Shown piece by piece: positions 23,308 through 36,050 of a stretch of DNA of 64,000 bases. The notes below the pieces were generated by a model, which saw nothing but the letters and a program-made list of their open reading frames with translations, had not been told where the DNA came from and ran no database searches. The DNA lies in contig JARFYF010000071.1 of NCBI GenBank assembly GCA_030265395.1, forward strand, positions 3,742,686 to 3,806,685. The letters run 5' to 3'. This stretch comes from Rhina ancylostomus. Taxonomy: Eukaryota. Position 1 is the stretch's first letter, and each line of letters begins with the position of its first letter. The translations under genes were made by a program, and so were the position numbers.

Positions 23308-23645
23308 GGTATGGTCATGTAATGGTAAAGTTACTGGACGAGCCGCCAGAGTTCTGGAAAATTGATCAAGAGACAAATTCAAATCCCTCTGTAGCAGCTG
23401 GTGAATTTAAATTTAAGTAATTAATAAAATGTGGAATTTAAACCTATTATCATGAAACTACTGGATTGTCGTAAAAAACATCTGGTTCACTGTTGTCCTT
23501 CAGGGAAGCAAATCTGCTGTTCTTACCCAGTCTAGTCCATATGTGACTGTAATTGATTCCTTACCTCTTCTTCAGTTTAGAGGCAATAAGGTATGGGCCA
23601 CAAATGCCAGCATTCCAGCAATGTCTACATCAGTGAGCAATTAGA
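23308..23645 (+). mobile_element. tRNA-derived chondrichthyan SINE with LINE-derived tail
   Basis: Head GTAATGGTAAAGTTACTGGAC...TTCAAATCCC; core GGATTGTCGTAAAAAACATCTGGTTCACTGTTGTCCTTCAGGGAAG; tail GGCAATAAGGTATGGGCCACAAATGCC shared with the LINE at 3160-5055. Second copy at 48190-48485. Confidence 0.75.
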
Positions 23646-25591
23646 TAGTATAAAAATATTAAAATATCTTCCCACTGTAAGCTGCTCATTCTTTTCAGAC
23701 ATTGTTTCCACTCATTCAAAATCATCAACACCACTCAACATCACAAACAAAATATGATGAGTTCTGTTTCCATAACATTGTCTACCATTAACCATATCTC
23801 ATATTATCTTCAGCTCAAATCTTTGGCTATTCTTTTGTCACTTTCAGATTTTACTACGGCAGCTGGAGTCAAGTTGAAAGTGGTTGTTTGCCCATTCTCC
23901 ATCCTTTGTAAATTTAAGCTCATCCAAACTCTGCTGCCCTTCTCTCCACTCCCACTGACACACCTCTGTCCCTGCCAAAACCAGTTCTCATCCTTGTTCA
24001 AATTTCTAAGGATGAGAACAGATGTCATCAAGAAAAACAAGGTACTCATTATCTTTCTGATATCAGCTTTTAATCCATCTGCCTTTTCACACTATCGAAT
24101 TTTGCTGCGTTGTCCCTTGACCCTGGAACTCCTTTTATTTTCCCTGCATCGTTTGATCCTCCTCGGAACTCAACTCTCCTAATCATTTTCTTGAGCTACA
24201 TGTCAGTTTTCATTGAACTTCTTGGTATATTTATCAAGATTTTGTTACTTTAAAAAAACTTTTTCCTTTTGCAGATGCTGGTACATCAAAATTTTCTGCC
24301 TTTATTACTGGGAGGTATTGTGACACCCCAGTATGGATGGGGCGTGTATGTATGCATTCCCTTCTACCAAAGTAAATACTACTCAATTCCCAAGCTCAGT
24401 TGTGCAGAAGCCTTATAGTTGGTTGTTAAAAGAAGCCAGGGAAAATCGTGACAGGATCGATCTTACAACTTGATGGCTATTTGGCTGCATCAAGTGGAGG
24501 AGAAATAACAACCACAAAACAGAAGTGCAGACTGCTATGTTTGGTATACAGCCTTGTGGAACTGTTAAAGTAGCAAGAAAATAACTTGGAAAATGATGCT
24601 TTTAACCAAAAGCATGTTGATCATATTCCAATTGTTCTATAACATCTATACGATATATTCGGTTACTGACCCATGGTGTTTCCTTTAAACACATGGAATT
24701 TACCAAAAATGTGACTGATGTTTTTTTGACACTAAGAATATTAATATTGGGGATGTAGTGATCAAGTAGAATTGTGAATGAGTAGAATCAGCCATGGAAT
24801 TGGATAAGGCTCAGAGTAGAATGGCCTGCCTTTTGTATCAATGTCATGTTCCTGTTCTTGCATTAAAGCTTGACCCAACCAAAACTCACTTCTCACAAAA
24901 AAATCAGCAGCTTAAAAACCAGCTGTGTATTCACTTTTGTGATCATTGCATGGTAGTGTTACCATGGAAACTTTCTCCCTCTGACTGGCCTGAAGCTTTT
25001 TGCACTTTCAGGAGAAAAAGAAAAATATAAAATTACTTAAAACTTTACTTACTTCTCAGGTTGGAAGTTTAATAATGTAATTTACAGTATGTTGCATCGT
25101 ACCTCAATTCACATTGCAAGTGAGGAACCTTATCAGTGAAATGCAAATTATTTCAATGCCTAGACACATAATGCCACAAATTAATCCTGCCAGTCTTTCA
25201 ATTCTTACTGTTTCAGTGTTCAATATATGAAAATAAATTAAATAAAGATTGAATTTTTACTATCTCAAATTAACAAATCTATGTAGTAGATAATTCACAA
25301 TGTATATTTAGTGTTTCCTGGTGACATTCACTTAGAAAATAAGATCAAGCATTTGTTGTTGATGTGATAAGGTGACAAAATGTGTGTTTGGATTATTCTT
25401 ATAATCATTGAATTGTACGGCATAGAAACAGGCTATTTGGCCCAACTTGTCCACGCCGACCAGAGGACACCCTTCTTTCATCTACCAGCACTTGATCCAT
25501 AGCCTTTTATTCCTGAACAATTCAGGTGCTTCCTAATGCTTTGTGGTCCAGCTTCAACCACTTCCTAAGGCAATGCATTCCAAGTACTTAC

Positions 25592-25845
25592 AATTCTCAT
25601 GGTGAAGAAGATCCCCCTCATATCCTCTTTAAATCTCTTCCCCCTTACCATAAATCTCTGTCCTCTAGNNNNNNNNNNNNNNNNNNNNNNNNNNNNNNNN
25701 NNNNNNNNNNNNNNNNNNNNNNNNNNNNNNNNNNNNNNNNNNNNNNNNNNNNNNNNNNNNNNNNNNNNAATTCTCATGGTGAAGAAGATCCCCCTCATAT
25801 CCTCTTTAAATCTCTTCCCCCTTACCATAAATCTCTGTCCTCTAG
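25592..25845. other. Assembly artefact: 77-bp exact duplication flanking a 100-N gap
   Basis: 25592-25668 equals 25769-25845. Confidence 0.85.
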
Positions 25846-26344
25846 TTTTAGCTATCGATATGGAACAAACTTTCCTGCAGTCTACCCTATGTACAGCCTC
25901 ATAATTTTATATATCTCAGTCATGTCCTCTCCTAACCTCATCTGCTCCAGGAGAACAGACCTAGTTTCCCCATTTTCTCCTCATGACTGAACTTTTCCAC
26001 TCCGGGCAACATCCTGGTGTGTCTCTTCTGCATCCTCTCCAGCGCTACCCCATCTTTCCAATAGCACAGTGAACAGAACTGCATGCAGTACTACACCTGA
26101 GGTCTGACCAAGGACTTATAAAATTGGAGAACTATTTCCCTACTTCTGTATTCAAGGCCCTGACGAATGAAGACCAGTATCCCATATGCCTTTTTAACCA
26201 TGTTATCTACCTGTGCTACCACTTTCAAGGATAATTTGACTCCCAGGTCCTTTGTTCCTCAATACTCCCAAAAGACCCCACCATTCATAGTGTATGTCCC
26301 AGCAACATTAGTATTCCCTAAAATCATCACCTAATATTTCACAA

Positions 26345-26508
26345 CCTTTAAAAGACACCTCATAACATTTAAAAGATGCTTGGACAGGTACATGGATAGG
26401 ATAGAGCAATATGGGCCAAACACAGGCAAATGGGACTAGCTTAGATGGGAATCTTGGTCAGCATGGACCAGATAGGCCGAAGGGCCTGTTTCCTTGCTGT
26501 ATGACTGT
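26345..26508 (+). mobile_element. Short CR1 3' fragment inserted antisense into the larger CR1
   Basis: AACATTTAAAAGATGCTTGGACAGGTACATGGATAGG...GGCCGAAGGGCCTGTTTCCTTGCTGTATGACTGTGA; host resumes at AATATTTGTCTGGATT after CCTAATATTTC. Confidence 0.8.
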
Positions 26509-26902
26509 GAAATATTTGTCTGGATTAAATTCCAACTGCCATTTTTATGTCCATTTCATCAGTGCATTGATATCTCTCTGCAGCCTAAGACTACCTTCCA
26601 CATTATCAACCAACTCTGCCAATCTTTGTGTCATCTGCAAACTTACAGATCATGCCTTCCACACCCACACCAACGTATATTACAAATAGCAAGGGTCCCA
26701 GCACTTATCCTTTTGACACCACTAGTCACAGGCATCCAATTACATAAACAAGTCATTTCTTTCATCAATTGCCAATCCAATTTTGGATCCAGTTTGCTAA
26801 CTTCCATTGGATTCCATGGGCCTGAAGCTTTTGAAACAGTCTCCCATGTGGGACCTTAAAAAGCCTTACTAAAGTCCATGTAACTCACGTCTGCTAACCT
26901 GC

Positions 26903-27156
26903 CCTCAGTGATACACTTTGTTACCTCTTCAAAGGATTCAGTCAAATTGGTCAGACAGGATCTGCCCTTGACAAAGCCANNNNNNNNNNNNNNNNNNNNN
27001 NNNNNNNNNNNNNNNNNNNNNNNNNNNNNNNNNNNNNNNNNNNNNNNNNNNNNNNNNNNNNNNNNNNNNNNNNNNNNNNCCTCAGTGATACACTTTGTTA
27101 CCTCTTCAAAGGATTCAGTCAAATTGGTCAGACAGGATCTGCCCTTGACAAAGCCA
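26903..27156. other. Assembly artefact: 77-bp exact duplication flanking a 100-N gap
   Basis: 26903-26979 equals 27080-27156. Confidence 0.85.
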
Positions 27157-27389
27157 TGTTGGCTGTCTCTGATTAGTCCCTACTTTTCCAAGTGATCTTA
27201 ATTCTCTCCCTCAGATTTTTTTTCCCCAGTATCTTCCCTACCATTGATGTTAGGCTCACAGGTCTATAGTTAACAGGCTTTTCCTTGCTGACTTTCTTGA
27301 AAATTGGGGGAACCATATTTCCTGCCCTCCAGTCATCTGGTACCTCACATGTGTCCAATGAAGATTTTAAAATATCCACAGAATATTCA

Positions 27390-28146
27390 CTACAGAGAGA
27401 TTTAGGTGTCCTCTTACGTGAAACTCAGAAATTTAATCTGCAGGTACAGTAAGTAACCAGGAAGGCAGAGGGAATGTTAGCCTTCTTGCAAGAGGGACAA
27501 GTAAAAAGTAGAGAAATCTTGTTTCAATTGAATAGGGCATCGGTGGCATCACACCTAGAGGACTGTACAATTTTGGTGTCATAATTTAAGGAGAGGTGTT
27601 CTTCCAATAGAGGCAGTTCAGAAAGGTTTGCAAGGTTGATTCCTGGGATTAAGGGGTGATGTGAGGAGGATGAACAGGTTGGATCCATACTCACTGGAGC
27701 TTAAAAGATGAGAGATGATTTTACATTAAAGAAAAGAGGATTAGGCTGTTTGGTCCCTCATATCTCCTCTGCCATTCAGTAAAATCATAGCTGATTTTTT
27801 ACCTCAGCACTATTTTCTAAGATTCTGAAGGGGGTTGACATTTCTGAGAGGGTTTTCCCTCATTGGAAAATATAGAACTAGAGAGCATTACTTCATGATA
27901 AGGAGCCATCGATTTAAAAGGAGATGAGAAAGAATTCCTTCTGTCAGAGGGTCATACATTTTTGGAATTCTCTGCACCAGGGATGGTGGCTTAATCATTT
28001 AATGTATTTAAGGCCAAAACAGATTTTTGGACTGTGGGGATTGGATAAAAAAGTGAAGTTGAGGCAAGATCAAATCAACCATAACGTAATGAATGGCAGA
28101 GCTGGCTTGATGAACTGCTCAGCCTACACCATTCCTCCTTCTTATG
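27390..28146 (+). mobile_element. CR1 LINE 3' fragment
   Basis: MRKNSFCQRVIHFWNSL and tail AATGAATGGCAGAGCTGGCTTGATGAACTG...CCTCCTTCTTATG. Confidence 0.8.
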
Positions 28147-28148
28147 TA

Positions 28149-28429
28149 CAGGCATCCCTGCGATATGGTGGTGGGGGAGAGGGGGGTGGTTGGTTGCATT
28201 CCTAGATATCAGCCCATATCGTGATTTTCCATAATCCACTTGAAGAAATGTGAATTGGAAAAAAACGTGATTTATTTATTTTCCCACAAATTCCATCAGA
28301 GCAAGTTCTATTCTGTCATTTTTAAGTAGTAATTAATTTACTTTTTAAGTTAATTTTTAAGTAGTAATTTGTGAATTCTGTAAGGGTGAATTTCCGTAAC
28401 TGGAACGACCATAATGCAGGGGTTGCCTC
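28149..28429. mobile_element. Tc1/mariner-superfamily (Tigger/pogo-like) MITE
   Basis: TA|CAGGCATCCCTGCGATATGG ... CCATAATGCAGGGGTTGCCTC|TA: imperfect TIRs of about 21 bp with TA on both sides; internal repeat TTTTTAAGTAGTAATT. Confidence 0.7.
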
Positions 28430-31402
28430 TATTTAAATTAATCCTTGTAACTAAAATGGCAGCTTGGATGTTGCCAAATTTAATTATGTGGATTGAATGT
28501 TATCACCTCCCTTCCCCATATTCTTATTCCTTCTATTCTTCACAAGGTCAGAGATTGAATGGCATCTAGCAATGCACAATGCGGGCATAACTGATTCTCT
28601 CTGTAGGAATCTCTTGATGTTCACAGGAATAGGAATCACTGTAGATTTCCTCTTGTCTCTATCCAGAGACAGTGAGGTTAGTTTGATTGTCTCAGCCAGG
28701 ATCATGACAAAATAGCTAATAATATAGGTCAGGGTTGAAATTTAGGGAATTTATTACCTATATCAAATTTCACCCAGGGCCATTCAATCATTGGCAATGT
28801 ATTTTTATATTTATTTTTAATCGATAATCAAGTATATACATAAATATGTAGGAGAATTTGTTATCTTTGTTATTTGTCACCTTGAAGGGCTAAAGCTACA
28901 AACTTTAGCCAATATAACTTCCTGATATCTGTAATTATTTTTCAATTTATATCTTCTATGAGCAGGATAGTACTTTGTCTTGCCTTCAGTTACTGAGACA
29001 CAGTACATGTGCATTAGTCACTCTCAAATCGTATTCTTCTCGTTTTCTCTATTATTTACCACTCTATGCACCTTTAGCTTCCAAACCTAATCAGCACTAC
29101 TTCCCTACCAAACCTGTATTCTGCTGGTTCCCCAGAGACCGTCAGGCGCGAGCAGAGATTCATCAAGGCATTCTTCTCCTGCATCAAAAATATTTGTCCC
29201 CAACTTTTTTTCCATGCCCTTAATTGCCTTGAAATCTCAGATGGACTCCCTCCTATTTTAATCTCAGAAAAGCAAACTCCAACATGGCCTCAAGTCTATA
29301 AAACAGAGATGAGGACTGTCTGTTAACTGTCAGGTTCCCTTTGCTCGATGATTATAGAGGCCAGGAACAATATCAAATACTTTTATATCTCCACTAACTG
29401 TCTTATTGAGGAAATATCCTGCCAAATATCCCAACCAGAATTCTATAACAGTCAATTACTTCTTGTCCTTAAGCTACTCCATTTCATCTCACATTTTATT
29501 CTTCTTCACTCCATCCTACTTCATTCTATCCTACTGTGTGAGTGGAGACAAAGTCACCAGACATTTTAACCACTCTCTGGAACTCTTAAAATTGTCCTGT
29601 GACCTCCCCTTCTGCTTTCTATTTCATTGACCCCTTCTTCCATGTCTCTTGCCATTTCAATATTAACTCTGCTGCTCACTATCGCTGAGACATACCTTTA
29701 TATGAAGAGCAGAAAATGTGGATGGTCGGTAATGATGGTCCATCATGAAAGTCATTTATAAGTATAATAAATGAATGTCTTAAGTTAACACTGTGATCAA
29801 ATTTTCAAATTATAAAGGGCCTTTTTTAGATGTTTAATGGGTAAATGAGCCAATTAATGAGTACAGTACCTGCCTTGGTGGGTTAGCTAAGACTGGCTTT
29901 CCATTCCTATGGTAATGCCTCTGGTTTGTGGCTATCAGGTTAGAATAAAACCTAGTTGATTACGATGTTTCATCACAATAGAAAGGCTTGTTGACACTTC
30001 CTTCTTACATGAAGAATGGAAACTTAGACAGTGGAGGATTGCCAGGTTGAGACAGTGTCTCAGGGAAGGAAAATGGAGTAAAATTGAAAGAATTCTCATT
30101 ATTTGTTTCAGGAGAGTGGAAAACCCTCTGGTGCAACTTATTAAGCCTCAGTATCTATTAGTCATTCTCTCTGCTCCCTTGCAAATCCATCATAGTTCCC
30201 ACAGAGTAATAATTTGGAATCTGACCTAATCTTCAAACTGTAAGAAAAGAATGTATTCTGGCCCAGTTTCTGATGAATTTTGTAGTCCGATCTATTCAGA
30301 TAACATGGATTGTAACTTGGGGCAGCATTTCCTTAAAACAGTACCAGAATTCTTAAAATTCCTTGCACAAGGCTGCAAACATTTACATCAATTGCTGTTC
30401 CATGAAAACAAAACTTAGTGCTTAATTTATCCTTGTAAATACTCAGTATAGCTCCAGCACTGTACTTTAATATACCTTTTCCTGGCAACTTCGTAATATG
30501 CATTGACAGTTCAGCATAAAAAGTAAGGACACTGTTGGTTTTTTATATACAGCCATTCATAAGTTTCAAGTGCATGATTATTTTGGTATATGTTTGAATG
30601 GGGGTTTTTAATAGAATTCTTATTCATTGTTTGACTGTGGGATTCATTCAAATACAGGATATATTCTTAGGTTCTTGGCCTCCTGCACATAGGCAAATAC
30701 ATCATCTGCTGATATCTTAAATCTAGAAACCATATTGCCTTATGTAAATTAGTTAGATTTTATATGTAGAGTAATTTCATTAAGGAAAGCTGTAGGAATT
30801 CATTTTCCATGAGGTGGATTTTAAAACAGTGTAAAAAATTTACAATTATAGGGACTGTAGATTTAATATACAGATACAATAAAATGGATACCAGAAGAGC
30901 ATCTTAAAGCTTTTTTTACACTGGCATTCATTTGATTTAGATTTCAGGAAACTGACATCCATGAGCAAGCTCTCTGCAGTTAATCTGTTCCCCTGTCCCA
31001 GGTGCAGAATTACAGACCCATGAAGATCTCTTAGAGCAACCTTTGAGAATTTAAACTAAATAACATCACAATGTAAAAATAGTTTAACGAGACTACATGG
31101 CAGCAGCTGACATAAGAAGTTCCTGGTTCCCGCTATATTGGCTGATCACAGAATGCTGGTAAGGATTCCACAGTTGCTCTCAGATTGCACAGGATGTAGT
31201 CACAGTGCCCTCCCACCCCCGACTTCAATCTTGTGCCACTGCTTGGAAGGGCATCCACATAGAAGGTTTAGCACAGGAAAGATCGAGTTTAGCTTATGTG
31301 TGCTCAATGCCAAATAGTTTAGTGATCTTTTTAGCCTCCGACCAAAAGAATCATCACTTTGTGCAGTTCCGAAGAAACAGATGCAGGCAAGAGTCAACAT
31401 AT

Positions 31403-31539
31403 TGTTACAAACTAGGTTACTATTAGTGAATGTCCCTTTAAGCTAGAGCACAGTGGTGGGTGGGTGGGTGTGTGTATGTGGTATGGTTACAGCAACAGAA
31501 GATAAAGGACGTAATGACGTCCTTGAAGCAGCCAGTCTG

Positions 31540-31586
<47 letters not shown>

Positions 31587-32152
31587 CAGCCTGCTAGTTT
31601 CTCTATCGATGGATGAAAAACAGTAATTTTGTCTGTCACTACAATCCATGTATAGATTTTTGGAGTAATCCGGTGGAGTTCACTTTGTCGTTAACCTGTA
31701 GAGGGAAACAGGTATTTGTGTGGATGGCCACAATTCGAGTGCCTTTCAGGGTGAGGAAGATGCAGTCGAGTAGTCACTGCTGAGTAAACACTGAGGTGTT
31801 GTTTGGGTTCCAAAGTGGACCATTTGGATTTTGTAATTACTCTCTATTTTCTCTCTACATCTACGTTTTGTCTTCAGTCAACGGTGGTTGTTGAAGAAGC
31901 CTTTGCTCACGTTTCACTTTACAGCTTGCTGAACTGAACTTTAAGAACCATTCCTGACTTGGAGTTTGGGAATTTGCCACACACACACTACGAGTTTATT
32001 TTTTGGGGTTAATGTTTAAGATTTAACATTTTTACTTTGAACATTCTAACATTTTTACTTTAATTTTACTTATTATCATAAGTAGTTATTAATAAAGTAG
32101 TTTTTAACACGTACATGACTCGGTGTGTTTCTTTTGTTGCTGGTTCATAACA
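31403..32152 (+). mobile_element. Solo LTR (Gypsy-type, 750 bp)
   Basis: Inverted termini TGTTACAAACTAG...CTGGTTCATAACA; 4-bp TSD ATAT (31399-31402 and 32153-32156); AATAAA at 32091; internal (GA)n at about 31544-31585. Confidence 0.85.
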
Positions 32153-32786
32153 ATATACATAAGTTACTATAAAATGAGATAAAATTTGTTCAGATTTAAC
32201 CAATAAATGATTATTTTACGATTTTAGTTTCACTTCGATATGCAGTCATTCATAATTGGTATAGTCCCTTACAAACTGCCCTTGTTAATTGTTATAGACT
32301 GATTAAAGGTCTTACCCTTACACTATTGTTACCTTGCTACCAGTTCTTAACTTCCTTTCTTTCCTTAACACATTGAAGAATATAGATGAGTACAGCTTCA
32401 AGCTTCTATCACTGGCCTCAATTCTGCTAGCAGAACTGATCAACACCAAAACTGTTGATTGGGAAAGGTGACTTAGTCCAGCAGTCTGAAGGAATTTAGA
32501 AACTTCAGTTACTGCACAGCCATTACCTCAGGTGCTTCAGCTGCTTTTGGTAGCGCTTATTAACTATGCTCTCTGACATTATTGAGCTTTTAAGTTCTTT
32601 TAAGTTGTTCCCGTTCAATGAAAATCAGAAGAATCGCCTGCAGAAACAAATTGGTGTTAGATTTCAATGTAAATTCTTTCTAATGCTTTGAATTTCAAAG
32701 CAGAGTACCAGTGAAACTCTGTCTAGGTTTTTCACATGTGCTGACTGTAGCTGCTATTGTTCACATTCTCTCAATTATTATTATCC

Positions 32787-33017
32787 TGTGGCGACTTACC
32801 TTTCACAAACTGGCTCCCAGGATCACGAGCGTCGTCGGAGGCCCCGACACAAGATGGCGCGGGGCACTCCTCCTCTGTTGGGCTAGTGGAGCCTGCGCAC
32901 AGGAAGGTCACGTGACCTGCACGTGACATCAGCGCGGGAACTGTGTTTATTAAAGGGGCAGCGCACCCCAGTCGTTCANNNNNNNNNNNNNNNNNNNNNN
33001 TGTAGCTAGCTGCTACA
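32787..33017 (+). mobile_element. Short CpG-rich LTR (Gypsy-type), solo or collapsed across a small gap
   Basis: TGTGGCGAC...GCTGCTACA termini; 4-bp TSD ATCC (32783-32786 and 33018-33021); many intact CpGs; N-run at 32979-33000. Confidence 0.8.
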
Positions 33018-33021
33018 ATCC

Positions 33022-33485
33022 ATTCAATTCTGGTTGCATCCCCCCAGTAGGAAGGATGTGGAGGCTTTGGAGAGGGTGCAGGTTTACCAGGATGCTGCCT
33101 GGATTAGAGGGCATGTACTATAAGGTGAACAAACTTGGGTTGTTTTCCCTGGAGTGGCGAAGGCCGACAGGTTTATAAGATTATGAGAGACATAGACAGA
33201 CAGCCAGAATTTTTTTCCCAGGGTCAAATTGTCTGATACTAGAGGGCATGCATTTACGGTGAGAGGGGTAATTTCAAAGGAGATGTGCTTGGAATGGGCT
33301 GCCAGGGTTGGCAAATATGATGGAGGCATTTAAGAGACACTTAAATAGACACATGAACATGCAGAGAATGGACATTATGTAGGCAGAAGGGATTAGCTTA
33401 GTTAGGTGTTTATTTACCAGTTTAATTAGTTCGGCACAACATCATGGGCCAAAGGGCCTGTTCCTATGCTGTACTGTTCTATGTA
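33022..33485 (+). mobile_element. CR1 LINE 3' fragment
   Basis: CAATTCTGG...AGGAAGGATGTGGAGGCTTTGGAGAGGGTGCAG (QFW..RKDVEALERVQ) and tail GGGCCAAAGGGCCTGTTCCTATGCTGTACTGTTCTATG. Confidence 0.85.
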
Positions 33486-33704
33486 CTTACACCAGTGAGC
33501 TGGTTTCAAGTCATTACAACATGTAGAAGTGCATGTAATGACCATGGCAGGATGGTAGAGTAATACGTTTCTGACTACTGCTTTACTGTGCATTAGCACA
33601 CATTTACGCAAACATGCATGTCGAGTTATAACTTATTTGCTTTCATTCCTGTTTTTACTGAATTTGTTTTATAATCAGCAAAAGCAAAAAAAAATTTCGT
33701 CATA

Positions 33705-33845
33705 AATAAAATCAGAAAACTGCTATGAATACTCAGCACCATGTGTGGAGAGAGAAACAAAGGTAATGTTTCAGGATGATAAGATTATTAGCAAAAATTT
33801 TTGTCTTTTCTCCCAGATTTCCAGCATCTGCAGTATTTTGCTCTT
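33705..33845. mobile_element. Degenerate Penelope terminal fragment
   Basis: AAAATCAGAAAACTGCTATGAATACTCAGC..GTGGAGAGAGAAAC and CAGATTTCCAGCATCTGCAGTATTTTGC. Confidence 0.55.
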
Positions 33846-35953
33846 TGCACCAAATGTGACCAGAAAATATTCTTAAAATATTTTTTTTGCCAAGCTTTAA
33901 TGGGAAGAGGATTGCTTAATGTATTCCTGAGTCATTTCTGCCACCAAGGTCTCAATTGCATTCTTGTCTTAGAATCCCAACAATCCACTTTATTTCACCA
34001 TCAATTCCCCACATTGGGAGAATGGATATTGGACAGTGCCAGAAGGTCCACTTTTCTTTGTGGGGGGCAGGGGGAAGGTATGAGGAGGGAGAGGTGGACG
34101 GTGGTACGGAGGGGGAGGAGGAGGAGAAGGGAAAGAGGGGCAGGGGTCACTGGTAACNNNNNNNNNNNNNNNNNNNNNNNNNNNNNNNNNNNNNNNNNNN
34201 NNNNNNNNNNNNNNNNNNNNNNNNNNNNNNNNNNNNNNNNNNNNNNNNNNNNNNNNNGCGGGGCCGGGGTCAATGGTAACCATTTGTTCTTCCCTTTGAA
34301 ACTTCATTGAAGTCATGGTCTTGCTAAAAAATTTTGGCAAAATTGCCAGTCCCTCTGTGGGCATTTCTGCCCTCTTTAATGATCCTCAATCTCTTTGGCT
34401 GAATTTGTCATTCTGTTGTGGAACTGCCACTGTTTTCCTCTCTAGCTATAGCTGACTGCTTCAGTGGAAAGGTGATTTGTCAGGAGGCTTACCTCCACAG
34501 CTAATGATTATCCAGCTTTCCACTATGGAAAATCCAGCTCTTCCTTCCTGGGTTCACACCATGAGGAATGACTACACAGATCAATTACTGAGCGACATCT
34601 GTACATTTGAACTGCGGCATGAATCAGTGGATTCCGGAGAGAAGGAAAAAATAACAAAAAGGATGTTGATGACTGCTTGTATCTGATCTTACAAAGGCAA
34701 AAGATTCATTAATTATGTTGTCAAGGAAACAACAGCAGTGACTTCTTTATTCTCTTTTATAATTTGTATATTATTTATTTATACCACCAGGATGCATGCA
34801 TTGGGAAAATGCATAAAAAGAATATTTTTAAGTATTGTTTCAGTGATTTATGACTAGCATTTGCCTCCATTACTTCATGTATTTATATTTTGTTCCATTC
34901 TGTCATAATATCTGGCTTGATGCTATTTCATAACAGGATTTTGTTTTGATAAAATTATTCCTAGTAGTAGTGATTCTATTCAACAGCTTCCACACTGTCA
35001 TAACATACGTCCTTTGTCTCTTTCAAATGGAGCAACAGCATGAACAGAACACCAGTTCATTGCTGTGACTTCGTCTGACGTAGCATTCTGACTTCAATGA
35101 AGAAGTCATGAAACATCCTTCATTCTAGTACACACTGATAAAAAATGTTTGCAGGTCCATCTTTCACAAAAATCTTCTGCTAAAATATAGAATTCATAAG
35201 TGTAATATTCAGTTAGTATGTAACAGGTGGGATAATTTTTCATGTCTAATGAAGGATGATGTTCAGAAATTAAACAGTCACTTCCTTTTGGATAATGAAT
35301 AAATCACTGTGAACATCCAACATTTTCTTCAGATTGTTTTATTTCAAATCCCTGGTACTTGCAGTTTCTTTTTACACCACTTGGTATAATGCTTTCTGTT
35401 ATGACCTGTTATATTCTAAATTTGTTGCAAATGAACAAATAGCATCGTCCTCTTGTCTCAAAACATGCTTTTGTATAGATAGCAAAAAGACCATTATTAA
35501 AGTATATCCATTTCTTTATTCATGTGGTACTGACTGTTGATTATAATTAATATATTAGGTTCGATTACTGCTTCATAATTAGGTGAGATTGAAGGCAACA
35601 GTGAGAATTGCAAAACTTTATAGAGAAAGAAGCCATTCTGCTGGTTGTCTGCAGTAATTTCCATCTTCATGAATCAGCTGCTCTCCAGTATACAGTTTTT
35701 AGGTAACTTGTTTAATTCCCTTTCACAAGACAATGGACTCTGCTCAAGTACTGCTCAAGAAGTGCTTGTGTTCCACACCACCCTCTAAGCAAGTATCTAT
35801 TCCTCAACTTTCTCACTCCTAATGTATATAAAAAAAACCAGGTGACTAAGTTAGAGAATAACGACACCATAACACTGTTGGTTCATTTGGCTTGCTTTTG
35901 ATCTATAACATTCTTTCCCTACAACACACTATAGTTCAAAACATTTTGTGACA

Positions 35954-36050
35954 TAAAACCAGAAAATATTGGAGACACTCAAAAGGTCAGGCAGCATCTG
36001 TGGAGAGAGAAATAGAGTTAACATTTCAGGTCGATGACCTTTCATATTTG
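35954..36050. mobile_element. Penelope terminal fragment
   Basis: CAGAAAATATTGGAGACACTCAAAAGGTCAGGCAGCATCTGTGGAGAGAGAAATAGAGTTAACATTTCAGGTCGATGACCTTTCA. Confidence 0.65.

Larger units (their letters stand above)
25405..27380 (-). mobile_element. CR1 LINE ORF2 (RT) and 3' UTR, decayed, with two assembly gaps
   Basis: VPDDWRAGNMVPPIFKK..KEKPVNYRPVSLTSMVGK, GFVKGRSCLTNL..FEEVTK...DVSYMDFSKAF and FKEDMRGIFFTMRIVSTWNALP are CR1 ORF2 motifs. Confidence 0.9.

Noticed and set aside
23754-24182. 142-aa hydrophobic ORF
   Set aside because: Pyrimidine-rich sequence resembling old L2-like debris; no motifs or splice context.
24290-24320. SAFITGRY resembling the sulfatase signature (CxPSRxxxxTGRY)
   Set aside because: The CxPSR part and downstream GKWHLG are absent; too short to call.
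25592-27156. Two apparent direct repeats around N-runs
   Set aside because: Both are exactly 77 bp, identical and flank 100-N gaps, which points to unmerged contig overlaps rather than biology. Shorter overlaps occur at the 40342 and 44441 gaps.
34488-34640. Minus-strand donor GAG|GTAAGC with upstream exon-like sequence
   Set aside because: Stops in all frames and no clear acceptor AG; insufficient support.
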